Notes: a model not told the origin generated them from the sequence alone. Shown: positions 29,421-39,267, counted from the first letter of the stretch. The stretch is DNA of 64,000 nucleotides from Anaeromyxobacteraceae bacterium (GCA_047602405.1 JASGHJ010000002.1:576001-640000); one strand, 5' to 3'. Numbers and translations: made by a program.

Positions 29421-31334
29421 TCAGTGCGTGGTCACCGGGTGTGGTGCGCCGTCGCCGCAGGCGGCCGCGAAGACCGCCTCGACGAGCGCGGCGCCCTCGG
29501 GTGAGTCCTCGCCCAGCACGACGGTGGCGCGCGCGAGGTCGGGCGAGCGGGTGACGAGCGCCTCCAGGATCGCCTCGGCCCCCACCTCGCGCAGGTCGGC
29601 GTGGACGACCGCGGCGTCGAACCGCTCGCCGGCCGCCAGCAGGGTGAGCGCGTGGCGCGGGCTCGTGTGCGGGACCACGTCGAAGCGCTCGGCGAGGAGC
29701 CGGTAGAGCGCCGCGAGGGCGAGCGGGTCCTCGTGCAGCGCGAGCACCCGCGCCCGCCGCCGCAGCGGCTCGGCGCGGAGCGCGACCCGGGCGTCGGGCG
29801 TGGCGGAGCGCAGCCGCACGCGGAACACCGTGCCCGTGCCGGGCGCGCTCTCGACCGAGATGCTCCCGCCCACGCTCTCCACGATCCCGTAGCAGGCCGC
29901 GAGGCCGACGCCGACGCCGCGCCCGCCCCGCCCCGCGGTGAACCCGGCGGTCGGCGTGAAGAACGGGTCGAAGGCGTGCGGCAGCACCTCCGGCGGGATG
30001 GGCGTGCCCCGGTCCAGGACCTCGAGCTCCACGCCGAGCTCGTCGCGCCGCACGGACACCCGCACGAGCGCACCGTCGGCGGGTGGCGGCTCCGGGTACG
30101 AGGCGAACGCGTCGAGGACGAGCCGCCCGAAGACGTGCCCGAGCGCCGAGGCGCTGCCGCGCACCGGCAGCGGCCCGGGCGGCAGGTTTACCTCGAGGCG
30201 GGCGTGCGCGTGCAGCTCCGGCGCCACCAGGCGGCGCACCGCCTCGAGCACGAGCGCGAGGTCGGAGGGGCCCTGGTCGTCGCCGGGCTCGCGGGAGAAC
30301 GCGGCGAGGTCCTTCACGATCTGCGTCATGCGGCGGGTGGCCGCCGCCGCCTCGATCACCGCGTCGCGCACCTCTCCGTCGCGGGTGGCGGGGGCGCCGG
30401 AGCCGACCTCGTCGCGGAGGAAGTCGAGGTTCGCCTGGACGATGGCGAGGGGGTTGTTGATCTCGTGGGTGAGCCCCCGGGACAGCCGCCCCACCGCGGC
30501 CAGGCGGTCGGACGCGCCCAGCCGGCTGCGCGTCGTCTCGAGCTCGACGAGGCGCTGGGCGAGCTCGGCGCGCGAGGTCTCGAGCGCGGCGGTGCGATCG
30601 GCCACCACCGCCTCGAGCCGCTCGCGGGTGACCACCGTGCTCCTCAGGCGCGCGGCCATGGCGTCCATCGCCCGGGCGAGCTGGCCGACCTCGTCGCGCT
30701 CGGAGATCGCGATCGGCACGTCGAGCTCGCCGCGCTCGATCCGGGCCGCGCCGTCGTGGAGCGCGGAGAGGCCCCGGCGCAGCCGGGCGAGGAAGAGCGT
30801 GGCGCCGACCGCCAGCAGGAGCGCGCTGCCGCCGGCGGCGGTGAACGCGACGGCCCGGAGCGTGCTCGCGTGCCGCGACTCGTCCGCGGCGGCGGCGACC
30901 TCGTGCTTGTACACGTCGAGGTAGACCGCGGCGGTGAGCCGGCCGACGCGGACCTGGATCCGGTCGACCCACGCCGTGAACGCGGTGCCGCGGCCCGCGC
31001 CGAGGGGGTGCGCGCGGAGGTCCTGGACGAGCTCGAGGAGCGAGGCGACGTCGTCGCTCGGCTGGTCGAGCACCGCCTGCACCCGGCCGAGCGCGCTCCA
31101 CATGCGCGCGTACGCGGCGGGCTCCTCCGGGGCGGGCTCGCTCTCCAGGTCGGCGATGAGCGCGCTCGAGGCGGCGGCGAGCTCGAGCGCGGCCCGCGAC
31201 CGCGAGAGGGCGATCTCCTGCTCGGCGTGGGCCACGCCGCCCCGGAGCGCGCTCCAGAGCAGCACGCCCGAGAGCGCCGCGACGACGGCGGCGATGAGCA
31301 GCGTCCCGCCGACGATCTTGGTGCGGATCAGCAC
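29421..31334 (-). CDS. Membrane HAMP histidine kinase with degenerate C-terminal receiver
   Basis: Two TMs, HAMP (DEVGQLARAMD), H-box THEINNPL, FDPFFT, GVGLA, GTGTVFRV; GTG overlapping the upstream stop. Confidence 0.88.
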   Translation of the reverse strand: MLIRTKIVGGTLLIAAVVAALSGVLLWSALRGGVAHAEQEIALSRSRAALELAAASSALIADLESEPAPEEPAAYARMWSALGRVQAVLDQPSDDVASLLELVQDLRAHPLGAGRGTAFTAWVDRIQVRVGRLTAAVYLDVYKHEVAAAADESRHASTLRAVAFTAAGGSALLLAVGATLFLARLRRGLSALHDGAARIERGELDVPIAISERDEVGQLARAMDAMAARLRSTVVTRERLEAVVADRTAALETSRAELAQRLVELETTRSRLGASDRLAAVGRLSRGLTHEINNPLAIVQANLDFLRDEVGSGAPATRDGEVRDAVIEAAAATRRMTQIVKDLAAFSREPGDDQGPSDLALVLEAVRRLVAPELHAHARLEVNLPPGPLPVRGSASALGHVFGRLVLDAFASYPEPPPADGALVRVSVRRDELGVELEVLDRGTPIPPEVLPHAFDPFFTPTAGFTAGRGGRGVGVGLAACYGIVESVGGSISVESAPGTGTVFRVRLRSATPDARVALRAEPLRRRARVLALHEDPLALAALYRLLAERFDVVPHTSPRHALTLLAAGERFDAAVVHADLREVGAEAILEALVTRSPDLARATVVLGEDSPEGAALVEAVFAAACGDGAPHPVTTH

Positions 31335-32695
31335 GGCCGCACCACCCTGGCGGCCCGCGCCTCCGCGAGCCCGGCGTCGGGGGCCCGCGGCCCGCGGCCC
31401 CGATCCGCGTCGAGGTCCGCGAGCGCCGCGGCGAGGAAGGCGTCGGCGTCGGCGAAGGCGGCCTCCTCGCGGAGCTCCGCCACCCCGAGCGCGAGGTCGA
31501 GGCCGGCTTCGCCGGCGAGCGCCAGCACCCGGTCCGCGACCGAGGGCAGGGCGCCCTCGCCCGGGTCGAAGACCACGGCGAGGACGAGGGTGTCCCAGGG
31601 CCCGACCACGTCGGTCCGCCGGAGCGCGCCGCGCAGGAGCCCGGAGACCTCGCCGGCGCCGGTGGCGCCGCGCGGCCGGGCGACGAGCAGGCCGAGCGGG
31701 TGGCCGTGGGCCTGGGCGTAGTCGAAGGCCTCGCGCGCGGTCCGGGCGCCGTCCGGCGTGGTCAGCGCGCCGGGGGCGACGTCCTCGACGGCGCCGCGCG
31801 CGGCGCGGGCGGCGCGGGCGCGCTTCAGGATGGCGCCGGCGAGCTCGGGGCCGCCGAGGTCCACCTCGAAGTCGGCGGCGGCGACCGGCACCGCGAGCGC
31901 CATGCGGGCGAGCGCGGCGCGCACCATCGGCGCGGTCGCGCCGAACCGGCGCTCCGCGTCCGCGACGGCGGACTCGAGGCGGCCGGGGCTGGGCGGGCCG
32001 ATCCACACGTCCGCGAGCGGCCCGGAGAGGCGGACCGCCTCGCCGACGTCGCGGCCCGCGATCTCGGGGGCCCGGTGGCTGTGGCGGATGGCCTCCTGGA
32101 GCCCCGCCGGCAGGTTCCAGCGCTCGGCGAGGAGCTCGCCGGCCTCGAGGTGATCGACGCCGAGCCCGGCGCGCTCGGCCACCGGCAGGAGCGCGTGGTC
32201 GTCCTCGGCGGCGGCCCAGATCCGGCCGTAGCCGTCCCCGAAGAGCTCGGCCAGCGCGAGCGCGCCGAGGTCCTGGAGCAGCGCGGCGAGGAAGGTCTCC
32301 TCGGGGTCGAGCCCGGTGAGCTCCGCGAGCGCGCGGCCCGCGAGCCCGCAGAAGACGGCGCGCCGCCAGAACCGCCCGTGGTCGAACCGGGTGGGGCCGC
32401 CCTGCCGGCGCGCGCGCACGAGCGCGAAGGAGAGCGCCGTCGTGACCGTCGCGTTCGTGCCGACGATCGCGATGGCCCGCCCGAGCGTGGTGACCTTGCC
32501 GCGCGTCGCGACCGAGGCCGAGTTCGCGAGCCGCAGCAGCTTCGCGGCGATGGCGGGATCGCGCTGCACCGCCCGGCCGACCGCCTCGAGGTCGGCCTCG
32601 TCGCGCTCGCAGAGCTCGAGCACCTCGAGCGCCACGGCGGGCAGCGTCGGGAGGGTCGGGCAGGCGAGCAGCCGTGCGCGGAGGAGGGGTTCCAC
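31328..32695 (-). CDS. HDOD domain protein with degenerate GGDEF-like C-terminus
   Basis: LPTLPAVA, DPAIAAKLLRLANS, FWRRAV, LLQDLG, ERWNLP; C-terminal LRRTDVVGPW lacks GGDEF. Confidence 0.85.
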   Translation of the reverse strand: MEPLLRARLLACPTLPTLPAVALEVLELCERDEADLEAVGRAVQRDPAIAAKLLRLANSASVATRGKVTTLGRAIAIVGTNATVTTALSFALVRARRQGGPTRFDHGRFWRRAVFCGLAGRALAELTGLDPEETFLAALLQDLGALALAELFGDGYGRIWAAAEDDHALLPVAERAGLGVDHLEAGELLAERWNLPAGLQEAIRHSHRAPEIAGRDVGEAVRLSGPLADVWIGPPSPGRLESAVADAERRFGATAPMVRAALARMALAVPVAAADFEVDLGGPELAGAILKRARAARAARGAVEDVAPGALTTPDGARTAREAFDYAQAHGHPLGLLVARPRGATGAGEVSGLLRGALRRTDVVGPWDTLVLAVVFDPGEGALPSVADRVLALAGEAGLDLALGVAELREEAAFADADAFLAAALADLDADRGRGPRAPDAGLAEARAARVVRPC

Positions 32696-32704
32696 GCGGG
32701 GCCT

Positions 32705-33121
32705 CTACCCGGGCTGCATCCGCGCCTTCATGCTCTCGACGGCGCGGCGCATGGAGGCGAGGCGGACCGCCTTCGAGATCGCCTGATCCACCTCGGCGCG
32801 CTCCCAGGGCTTCGGGAGGATGGCGGCCACGAGCTCGGTGGCCTTCAGGTCCATGATCTCCGGGAGGTCGGCGTACGCGGTCAGCATGAGCCGCCCGAGG
32901 CCGGGGTGCTCGGCCGCCACCCGGCGCAGGAGCTCGACGCCGGTCATGCCCGGCATCGCGTAGTCGGCGATGACCACGTCGATCTCGTGGGTCGCGAGGT
33001 GCTTGAGTGCGGCCTCACCCGAGTCGGCGGTCGCGATGGCGTAGCGCCGGCCGAAGCTGCGATCGAACGCGCGGAGGAGCGAGGGGTCGTCGTCCACGAT
33101 GAGGATCCGCACCAGCGTCAC
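32705..33121 (-). CDS. Single-domain response regulator
   Basis: ILIVDDD, VIADYAMPGMTG, LTAY, PKPW; GGAGG RBS. Confidence 0.92.
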   Translation of the reverse strand: MTLVRILIVDDDPSLLRAFDRSFGRRYAIATADSGEAALKHLATHEIDVVIADYAMPGMTGVELLRRVAAEHPGLGRLMLTAYADLPEIMDLKATELVAAILPKPWERAEVDQAISKAVRLASMRRAVESMKARMQPG

Positions 33122-33340
33122 GCACACACCTCCGTCGGGCCGCAGACGGCCGGTTCCCCGTGGTGCACGCGGCAGGCCGCCGACGGGCCGGGCGGGACGC
33201 CCGGGAAAGGCCGGAAAATGCCGTTCGCACGGGGAGATGACGCAGGGCGGGGCAGGGCGCGGCCACACCCCTGGGTCGGCGAGGCCCCGGCCGGAGCACC
33301 CGGCGGCGGGCCCCGCGCGCGCGCGTGCTAGACATGCGGC

Positions 33341-34501
33341 ATGGGTCTGTTCGACATCTTTCGGGGCCGGGGGAAGCTCGAGAAGGCGCTCCGCGAGCTC
33401 GAGGCGGAGGCGCCGGCCGGCGAGGCCCTCCTCGACGAGGGCTCCGCGGACGAAGGAGCGCTCGCGCCGGCTCTCGCCGCGAAGGCCGTGAAGGCCGACG
33501 CCGCGGACGCGCCGGACGCGCGCTACGCGGAGGCGATGGGCGTCGACCCCGCGAGCCTCGGCGCGTCCCCGCCGGCGCTCGACGCGGCCGAGCGCGAGAT
33601 CGCCGGCGCCCTCCTCGAGCACTTCGAGGCGAACCGGCCGGGCCCGGCCTCGTTCCCGGCGATCGCGACCCAGGTGCTCGAGCTCGTGCGCGACCCCGAG
33701 GTGCAGGTGCCCGCCCTGGCGCGCCTCATCGAGGACGATCCCGCGCTCTCGGCCGCGGTCCTCGTGCTCGGCAACTCGGCCCTCTACCGCGGCGTGCAGG
33801 AGCTCCGCACCGTGAAGGAGGCGATCGCGCGGCTCGGGCTCACCGAGGTCGCGCGCATCGCCGCCGCGCTCTCGACGCGCTCGCTCTACCAGGCGGGCGT
33901 CCGCGCCGAGTTCGCCGCGTTCGCGCCGCAGTGGAACCGGCTGTTCTTCCACGCCGCCACGGTGGCGCGGGCGAGCGCCGATCTCGCGAAGGCCCGCCGC
34001 CTCGCCGAGGCGGAGGCGGTCTACCTCGCCGGCATGCTCCACGACGTGGGCAAGTCCCTCGCGCTGCGCTCCCTCGCGGCGCTCACGATCGCGGGCCAGG
34101 TCGAGGTGAAGGACGACGACGCGCTCGAGCGCATCCTGCACCGGGTGCACGTGGAGGTCGGCGGCGCCGCCCACCAGGAGTGGGGCCTGCCCCGGCACCT
34201 CGCCGAGGCCGCGGTGCGCCACCACGACGCCGCGATCCCGCCGGGCCCGGAGCACGCCGGGCTCCACGTCGTCCGGCTCGTCTCCGCGCTGCACCTGCTC
34301 CACGAGCGCCCCGCGCTCCACCCCGACGCCGCCGCCGAGGCCGTCCAGAGCGCCCGCGCGCTCGGCCTCGGCCCGGAGCGGGTCGCCGCGCTCGTGGCCG
34401 CCATCGGCGAGACCGAGGACTGGGTCGCGATGATGTTCGGCGACGCGGGCGGCCCGGCGAGCGCCCCACGCGGCGCCGGAGGGCCGCGCCCGGCGCGGTA
34501 G
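33341..34501 (+). CDS. HDOD domain protein
   Basis: SFPAIA, DPALSAAVL.LGNS, AIARLG, GMLHDVGK, WGLP. Confidence 0.88.
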   Translation: MGLFDIFRGRGKLEKALRELEAEAPAGEALLDEGSADEGALAPALAAKAVKADAADAPDARYAEAMGVDPASLGASPPALDAAEREIAGALLEHFEANRPGPASFPAIATQVLELVRDPEVQVPALARLIEDDPALSAAVLVLGNSALYRGVQELRTVKEAIARLGLTEVARIAAALSTRSLYQAGVRAEFAAFAPQWNRLFFHAATVARASADLAKARRLAEAEAVYLAGMLHDVGKSLALRSLAALTIAGQVEVKDDDALERILHRVHVEVGGAAHQEWGLPRHLAEAAVRHHDAAIPPGPEHAGLHVVRLVSALHLLHERPALHPDAAAEAVQSARALGLGPERVAALVAAIGETEDWVAMMFGDAGGPASAPRGAGGPRPAR

Positions 34502-34533
34502 CCGTCCGGCCCTGGCCGCGCGGGAAGGGCTTC

Positions 34534-34710
34534 TCCGTTCGCCCCGAGCGTAGCCCGCCGCAGGCGGGCGGAGACGAGGGGCCTGGGCCTGGCCCCGAGA
34601 ACATCCGCCGATTCAAGTTACTGATGGTGAATGGTGTCCGTCGCTCGGGGAGGCCAGGGGCGCCCCTCGTCTCCGGGCCGCTGCGCGGCCCTACGCTCGG
34701 GGCGAACGGA
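34534..34710. repeat. Inverted REP doublet (REPIN-like) with GTAG-tagged hairpins
   Basis: TCCGTTCGCCCCGAGCGTAG-[15-nt hairpin]-CGGAGACGAGGGGC at 34534-34582 and inverted at 34662-34710. Confidence 0.85.
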
Positions 34711-34830
34711 TCTTCACGGGCCCGCGCGGAAGGGCGGGTGGCTCCGTCGGGGCGAACGGATCTTCATGGGCCCGCGCGGAAGGGCGGGTGGTCCCGTCGA
34801 GGCGAACGGATCTTCACGGGGCGAACGGAT
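34697..34830. repeat. 50-bp tandem repeat (~2.5 copies) derived from the REP end
   Basis: GGCGAACGGATCTTCAYGGGCCCGCGCGGAAGGGCGGGTGG at 34701 and 34751, partial at 34801 and 34820. Confidence 0.9.
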
Positions 34831-34855
34831 GGACCGCGCCTCGCGCGCCCTGCGC

Positions 34856-36523
34856 TCACCCGCCGCCCGCCAGCAGCTCCGTCTCCTCCGCGTCCGGCTC
34901 GCCGGGGCCGAGGAGGTCCACGCCGTTGCGCGCGAGCCGCGCGGCCGCGGCGGCGGCGCGGCGGGGGCGGCCGGCCTCGAGGCACCACTGCGCGTGCGCG
35001 GCGAGGAGCGCGACCTCGAGCGCGCGGCCGAGCGTGAGCGCGGCGCGCCGCGCACCGGCCTCGAGCGATGGGCCGCGCGCGGCGGCGAGGAACGCCCGGG
35101 CGCGCGCCGCGGCGGCGCGGGCGGCGGCGACCGCCGGCGCGAGCGCGGGGTCGCGCGCCGCGCCGAGCCGGGCCTCGAGCTCGCCCGCGAGCGCCTCGGG
35201 CGCGCCCGGGGTCGCGAGGGCGCGCAGGGCGTCCAGCGAGAGCACGTTCGTCGTGCCCTCCCAGATGGGCAGCACCTGCGCGTCGCGCAGCAGCCGCGGC
35301 ACGCCGGTGTCCTCGACGTAGCCCGCGCCGCCGAAGCACTCGACGACCTCGGAGGCGACCGCCACCGCCTGCTTGCCGGTGGTGAGCTTCGCGAGCGGCG
35401 TGAGCACCCGGAAGAGCGCGCGCTCGGCGTCGCTCGCCTCGCCGCCCTCGACGCGGCCGAGGAGCTCGCCCGCGCGGAACGCGAGCAGGAGCGCCCCCTC
35501 GCGCTCCGCCTCGAGCCCGGCGAGGGTGTCCGCGTGGAGGGGCTTCCCCGCGAGCGGCCCGCCGAACGCGCTGCGGCGGCCGGCGTAGTCGCGCGCCAGC
35601 ATGAGCGCGCGGGTCATGCCGGAGGCGGCGGCGACGGCGTTCCAGGTGCGGGTGACGTTCAGCATGGTCGCGACGTTCCGGACCCCGCCGTCGAGCCCGG
35701 CGACCGGCAGCGCCCGCGCGCCGTCGAGCGTGAGCTCCGCCGTCGGGAGCTTCCTCGTGCCGAGCTTCTCCTTCAGCCGGTTGACGAGGATCCCGTTCGA
35801 GCTGCCGTCCGGGAGCCGGGTCTCGACGTAGAAGAGCGCGAGGCCGCGCGAGCCGGTGGGCGCGCCCTCGGGGCGGGCGAGCGCGAGGGCCATCTCGGAC
35901 GTGGTCGCCGAGGAGAACCACTTCGTGCCGAAGAGGCGCCACCCCTCGCCGTCGCGCCGGGCGACCGTCTCGGTGCCGCCGACGTCCGAGCCGCCGGTGC
36001 GCTCGGTCATCCACTGGCCGCTCGTCCACATCGCCGCGGGATCGCGGGAGGTGAGCCGGGGCACCGCGCGCTCCACGAGGGCCCGGTCCCCGACGTCGAG
36101 GAGCGTCCGGGCCGCGCCGTCGGTCATCGCGAGCGGGCAGGCGTAGACGTCCGTGGACGGGTCGAGCACGTGCACGAGCGCGAGCTGGTGCGTGCGGGAG
36201 CGGGCGCCGTGCCGCCGCTCGTAGGCGGTCGCGACGAGCCCGTGGCGGGCGGCGAGCGCCTGGGCGCGGCGCCAGAGCGGCGTGAGCTCGATGCGGTCGA
36301 CCCGCCGGCCCCAGGGATCCCAGGCCACGAGCGCGGGCTCGAGCGCGCGCTCCGCGAGCTGCTGCTCGAGGAGCGGCCCCGCCGCGAGCGCGCCCAGCTC
36401 CCGCAGCTCGGGCTCGATCCCGAGGAGCTCCTCCGGCGAGAAGGTCCGCGCGAGGAGCTCCCGCAGGAGGGGGTCGGCGTCGTAGGTGTTCGGGAGGCGC
36501 GGCGGCTCCTGGAAGAAGGCCAT
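34856..36523 (-). CDS. Acyl-CoA dehydrogenase, AidB-like
   Basis: CPLAMTDGA, TSGQWMTERTGGSDV, KWFSS, RLKEKLGT, FGGAGYVED, PIWEGTTNV. Confidence 0.92.
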   Translation of the reverse strand: MAFFQEPPRLPNTYDADPLLRELLARTFSPEELLGIEPELRELGALAAGPLLEQQLAERALEPALVAWDPWGRRVDRIELTPLWRRAQALAARHGLVATAYERRHGARSRTHQLALVHVLDPSTDVYACPLAMTDGAARTLLDVGDRALVERAVPRLTSRDPAAMWTSGQWMTERTGGSDVGGTETVARRDGEGWRLFGTKWFSSATTSEMALALARPEGAPTGSRGLALFYVETRLPDGSSNGILVNRLKEKLGTRKLPTAELTLDGARALPVAGLDGGVRNVATMLNVTRTWNAVAAASGMTRALMLARDYAGRRSAFGGPLAGKPLHADTLAGLEAEREGALLLAFRAGELLGRVEGGEASDAERALFRVLTPLAKLTTGKQAVAVASEVVECFGGAGYVEDTGVPRLLRDAQVLPIWEGTTNVLSLDALRALATPGAPEALAGELEARLGAARDPALAPAVAAARAAAARARAFLAAARGPSLEAGARRAALTLGRALEVALLAAHAQWCLEAGRPRRAAAAAARLARNGVDLLGPGEPDAEETELLAGGG

Positions 36524-36573
36524 GCGCGGATGCTAACCCGCGCCGGAGCCGAGGGCCGCCCGCCCAGGCGGGC

Positions 36574-37290
36574 TCAGCCCAGGTACGCCGCGATCACCCG
36601 CGCGTCCTTGCGGAGCGCGTCGGGCGTGCCGGACACGGCGATGCGGCCGCGCTCGAGCACGAAGGCGTGGTCGGCGACCTCGAGGGCCGCCTTCGCGAAC
36701 TGCTCGACGAGCAGCATCGTCACGCCCTCGGCCTTGAGCCGGCGGATGGTCCGGAAGACCTCCTGGACCACCACCGGCGCGAGCCCCATCGACGGCTCGT
36801 CGAGCAGCATGATCTTCGGGCGGGCCATCAGCGCGCGCCCGATGGCGAGCATCTGCTGCTCGCCGCCGGAGAGCGTGCCCGCCGACTGCCTGCGGCGGTC
36901 GGCGAGGCGGGGGAAGAGGCCGTAGACGCGGTCGAGGTCGGCGGTCGCCTTCGCGCGGAAGCCGAAGAAGCGGGGGAGCCGGGAGAACGCGCCGAGGAGC
37001 AGGTTGTCCTCCACCGAGAGCGGCGCGAAGACCTTCCGCCCCTCCGGCGAGTGCGCGAGCCCGAGGCGGGCGATCCGCGAGGCGGGCAGGCCCTCGACCG
37101 GCTTGCCGTCGAGCAGCACGCGGCCGCGGGACGGGGTGATCATCCCGGACACCGCGCGCATGGTGGTGGTCTTGCCGGCCCCGTTCGCGCCGATGAGCGC
37201 GACCACCGTGCCCGCCTTCACCTCGAGCGACACGCTCCGGAGCACCTCGGAGAGGCCGTAGCCGGCGTGCAGGTCCTCGACCACGAGCAT
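36574..37290 (-). CDS. livF: Branched-chain amino acid ABC transporter ATP-binding protein
   Basis: GANGAGKTT, PEGRKVF, LSGGEQQMLAIGRALM, LDEPSMGLAP, VEQ. Confidence 0.93.
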   Translation of the reverse strand: MLVVEDLHAGYGLSEVLRSVSLEVKAGTVVALIGANGAGKTTTMRAVSGMITPSRGRVLLDGKPVEGLPASRIARLGLAHSPEGRKVFAPLSVEDNLLLGAFSRLPRFFGFRAKATADLDRVYGLFPRLADRRRQSAGTLSGGEQQMLAIGRALMARPKIMLLDEPSMGLAPVVVQEVFRTIRRLKAEGVTMLLVEQFAKAALEVADHAFVLERGRIAVSGTPDALRKDARVIAAYLG

Positions 37291-37300
37291 CGCCGTCTCC

Positions 37301-39262
37301 TCAGGCGGGGGCGCCGGCCGAGGCCGGCGGCGGGTGGGCGGCGTCGTCGGCCGCGCCGAGGTACGCCTCGATGACGCGCGGGTTGCGCTTCACCTCGTCG
37401 GGCGGCCCCTCGGCGATGAGCCGGCCGCCGTCGAGCACGGTGACGGTGTCGCAGAGGGAGGTGACGACGTCCATGTGGTGCTCGATGAGCACGATGGTCA
37501 CGCCGCGCTGGTGGACGCGCCGGATGACCTCGACCTGCTTCGCCACGTCGGGCGCGGCGAGGCCGGCGGCGGGCTCGTCGAGCACGAGCAGGTCGGGCCG
37601 GCGGGCCAGCGCGCGGGCGATCTCGAGGAAGCGCTGCGCGCCGTAGGTGAGGTCCTTCGCGGGGGTGCGGGCGTGCTCGCCGAGCCCCACGAACTCGAGG
37701 AGCGCGAGCGCGGCGGCCTGGGCGCGCCGCTCCTCCCCGCGCCCGAGCCCGATGGTGATGAGCGGGAGCGGCACGCGGTACGCGCCCCGGAGCGCCACCA
37801 TCACGTTCTCGAGCGCGGACATGCCGCCGAAGAGCTGGAGGTTCTGGAACGTGCGCGCGACCCCGGCCCTCGCCGCGCGGAAGAGGCTCCCCGACGGCAG
37901 GGCCGTGCCCCTCAGGAGCGCCTCGCCCGACGTCGGCGTGTAGAGCCCCGACACGACGTTGACGAGCGTGCTCTTGCCCGAGCCGTTCGGCCCGATGAGG
38001 CCGTGGATGGTCCCCTGCCGGACCGTGAGCGAGACCCCGTCCACCGCCTTCACGCCGCCGAAGTGCCGCTTCAGCGCCTTGAGCTCGAGGAGCGGCGCGC
38101 CGTCGGCGGCGCGCGCCGGCAGCACCTCGTCGAGCGGCGCGGGGGCCGGGAGCGGCGGCGGCGCCACGTTGAAGAGGCCGGCCAGGAACCGGGTCGCGAA
38201 CCCCATCAGCCCCTCGGGCAGGCCCACCACCACCGAGAAGAGCATCAGGGCGAAGATCGCCTTGCGCCAGTCCTCGGTGCTCTGCACGAGCGCGCCGCCG
38301 ACGACGAGCGTCGCGGTGGAGGCGATGGGGGCGAGCGCCTGGAACCGGGAGAGCGTCCGGCGCGAGAGCCCGCGGACGCCGGCGAACAGCGTGATGGCGA
38401 GGCCGGCCCCGGAGAACGCGAGGAAGAGCGTGCGCGAGGAGAGGAGGTTCGGCAGGAGCGCGACGAGCGTCGCGCCGACGAAGGCGCCCCACAGGCTCTT
38501 GCGGCCCCCCAGCACCACCCCGAGGAGCAGGATGACGGTGAGCTCGTACACGAAGCTGTGCGGCTGCAGGTACTGGAAGTTGAAGGCGTAGAGCCCGCCC
38601 GCGAGGCCGCCGAGGGACGAGCCGAAGGCGAAGCCGAGCACCTTGTGGCGGTAGGTGCCGACGCCCATCGCGTCGGTCGCGATGGGGCTGTCGCGCAGGG
38701 CCTCGAAGGCGCGGCCCCACTGCGAGGACAGGAGGTTCCGCATCCCCACCCAGACGATCGCCAGCATCGCCATGCACAGCCAGTAGAACTCGCGTGGCGA
38801 GAGCACGTGGCCGAGCAGGGCCGGGCGCGAGAGCGACAGCCCCTGGGCGCCGCCGGTGAGGGACTCGAGCTCGTTGAGGGTGGTGCTCGTGAGCGCGGTG
38901 AAGGAGAGCGTGGCGAGGGCGAACTGCGGGCCCTCGAGGCGGAGCGACGGCAGCGCGAGCAGCGCGCCCAGCAGGGCGGCCGCGAGCAGCCCGGCCACGA
39001 GCGACACGAGCAGCGGGGCGCCGAGCTTCACCGCGAGGAGGCCGGCGGTGTACGCGCCGATCCCGAGGAAGGCGGCCTGCCCGAGGTTCACCTGGCCGAG
39101 GTAGCCGACGGTGACGTCGAGGCCGATGAGCAGGATGCCGTAGATGGCGAGCAGGGTGAGGAGCCCGAGGAGGTACGGGTTCGTCACCGCGAGCGGCAGG
39201 CAGAGGAGCAGGGCGACCATGCCCAGCTCGGCGCCGCGGACCAGGAGGAGCCGCTTCCACAT
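37301..39262 (-). CDS. Fused LivM permease / LivG ATP-binding protein
   Basis: GYLGQVNLGQAAF, WGRAFEALRDS, then GPNGSGKST, ARTFQN, LDEPAAGL, IEHHM; ATG at 39262. Confidence 0.92.
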   Translation of the reverse strand: MWKRLLLVRGAELGMVALLLCLPLAVTNPYLLGLLTLLAIYGILLIGLDVTVGYLGQVNLGQAAFLGIGAYTAGLLAVKLGAPLLVSLVAGLLAAALLGALLALPSLRLEGPQFALATLSFTALTSTTLNELESLTGGAQGLSLSRPALLGHVLSPREFYWLCMAMLAIVWVGMRNLLSSQWGRAFEALRDSPIATDAMGVGTYRHKVLGFAFGSSLGGLAGGLYAFNFQYLQPHSFVYELTVILLLGVVLGGRKSLWGAFVGATLVALLPNLLSSRTLFLAFSGAGLAITLFAGVRGLSRRTLSRFQALAPIASTATLVVGGALVQSTEDWRKAIFALMLFSVVVGLPEGLMGFATRFLAGLFNVAPPPLPAPAPLDEVLPARAADGAPLLELKALKRHFGGVKAVDGVSLTVRQGTIHGLIGPNGSGKSTLVNVVSGLYTPTSGEALLRGTALPSGSLFRAARAGVARTFQNLQLFGGMSALENVMVALRGAYRVPLPLITIGLGRGEERRAQAAALALLEFVGLGEHARTPAKDLTYGAQRFLEIARALARRPDLLVLDEPAAGLAAPDVAKQVEVIRRVHQRGVTIVLIEHHMDVVTSLCDTVTVLDGGRLIAEGPPDEVKRNPRVIEAYLGAADDAAHPPPASAGAPA

Positions 39263-39267
39263 GCGCG

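Noticed and set aside
34697..34830. Possible CRISPR array (repeated GGCGAACGGATCTTCA)
   Set aside because: Intervening sequences are near-identical rather than unique spacers, the period is only 50 bp, and there are no cas genes in the window
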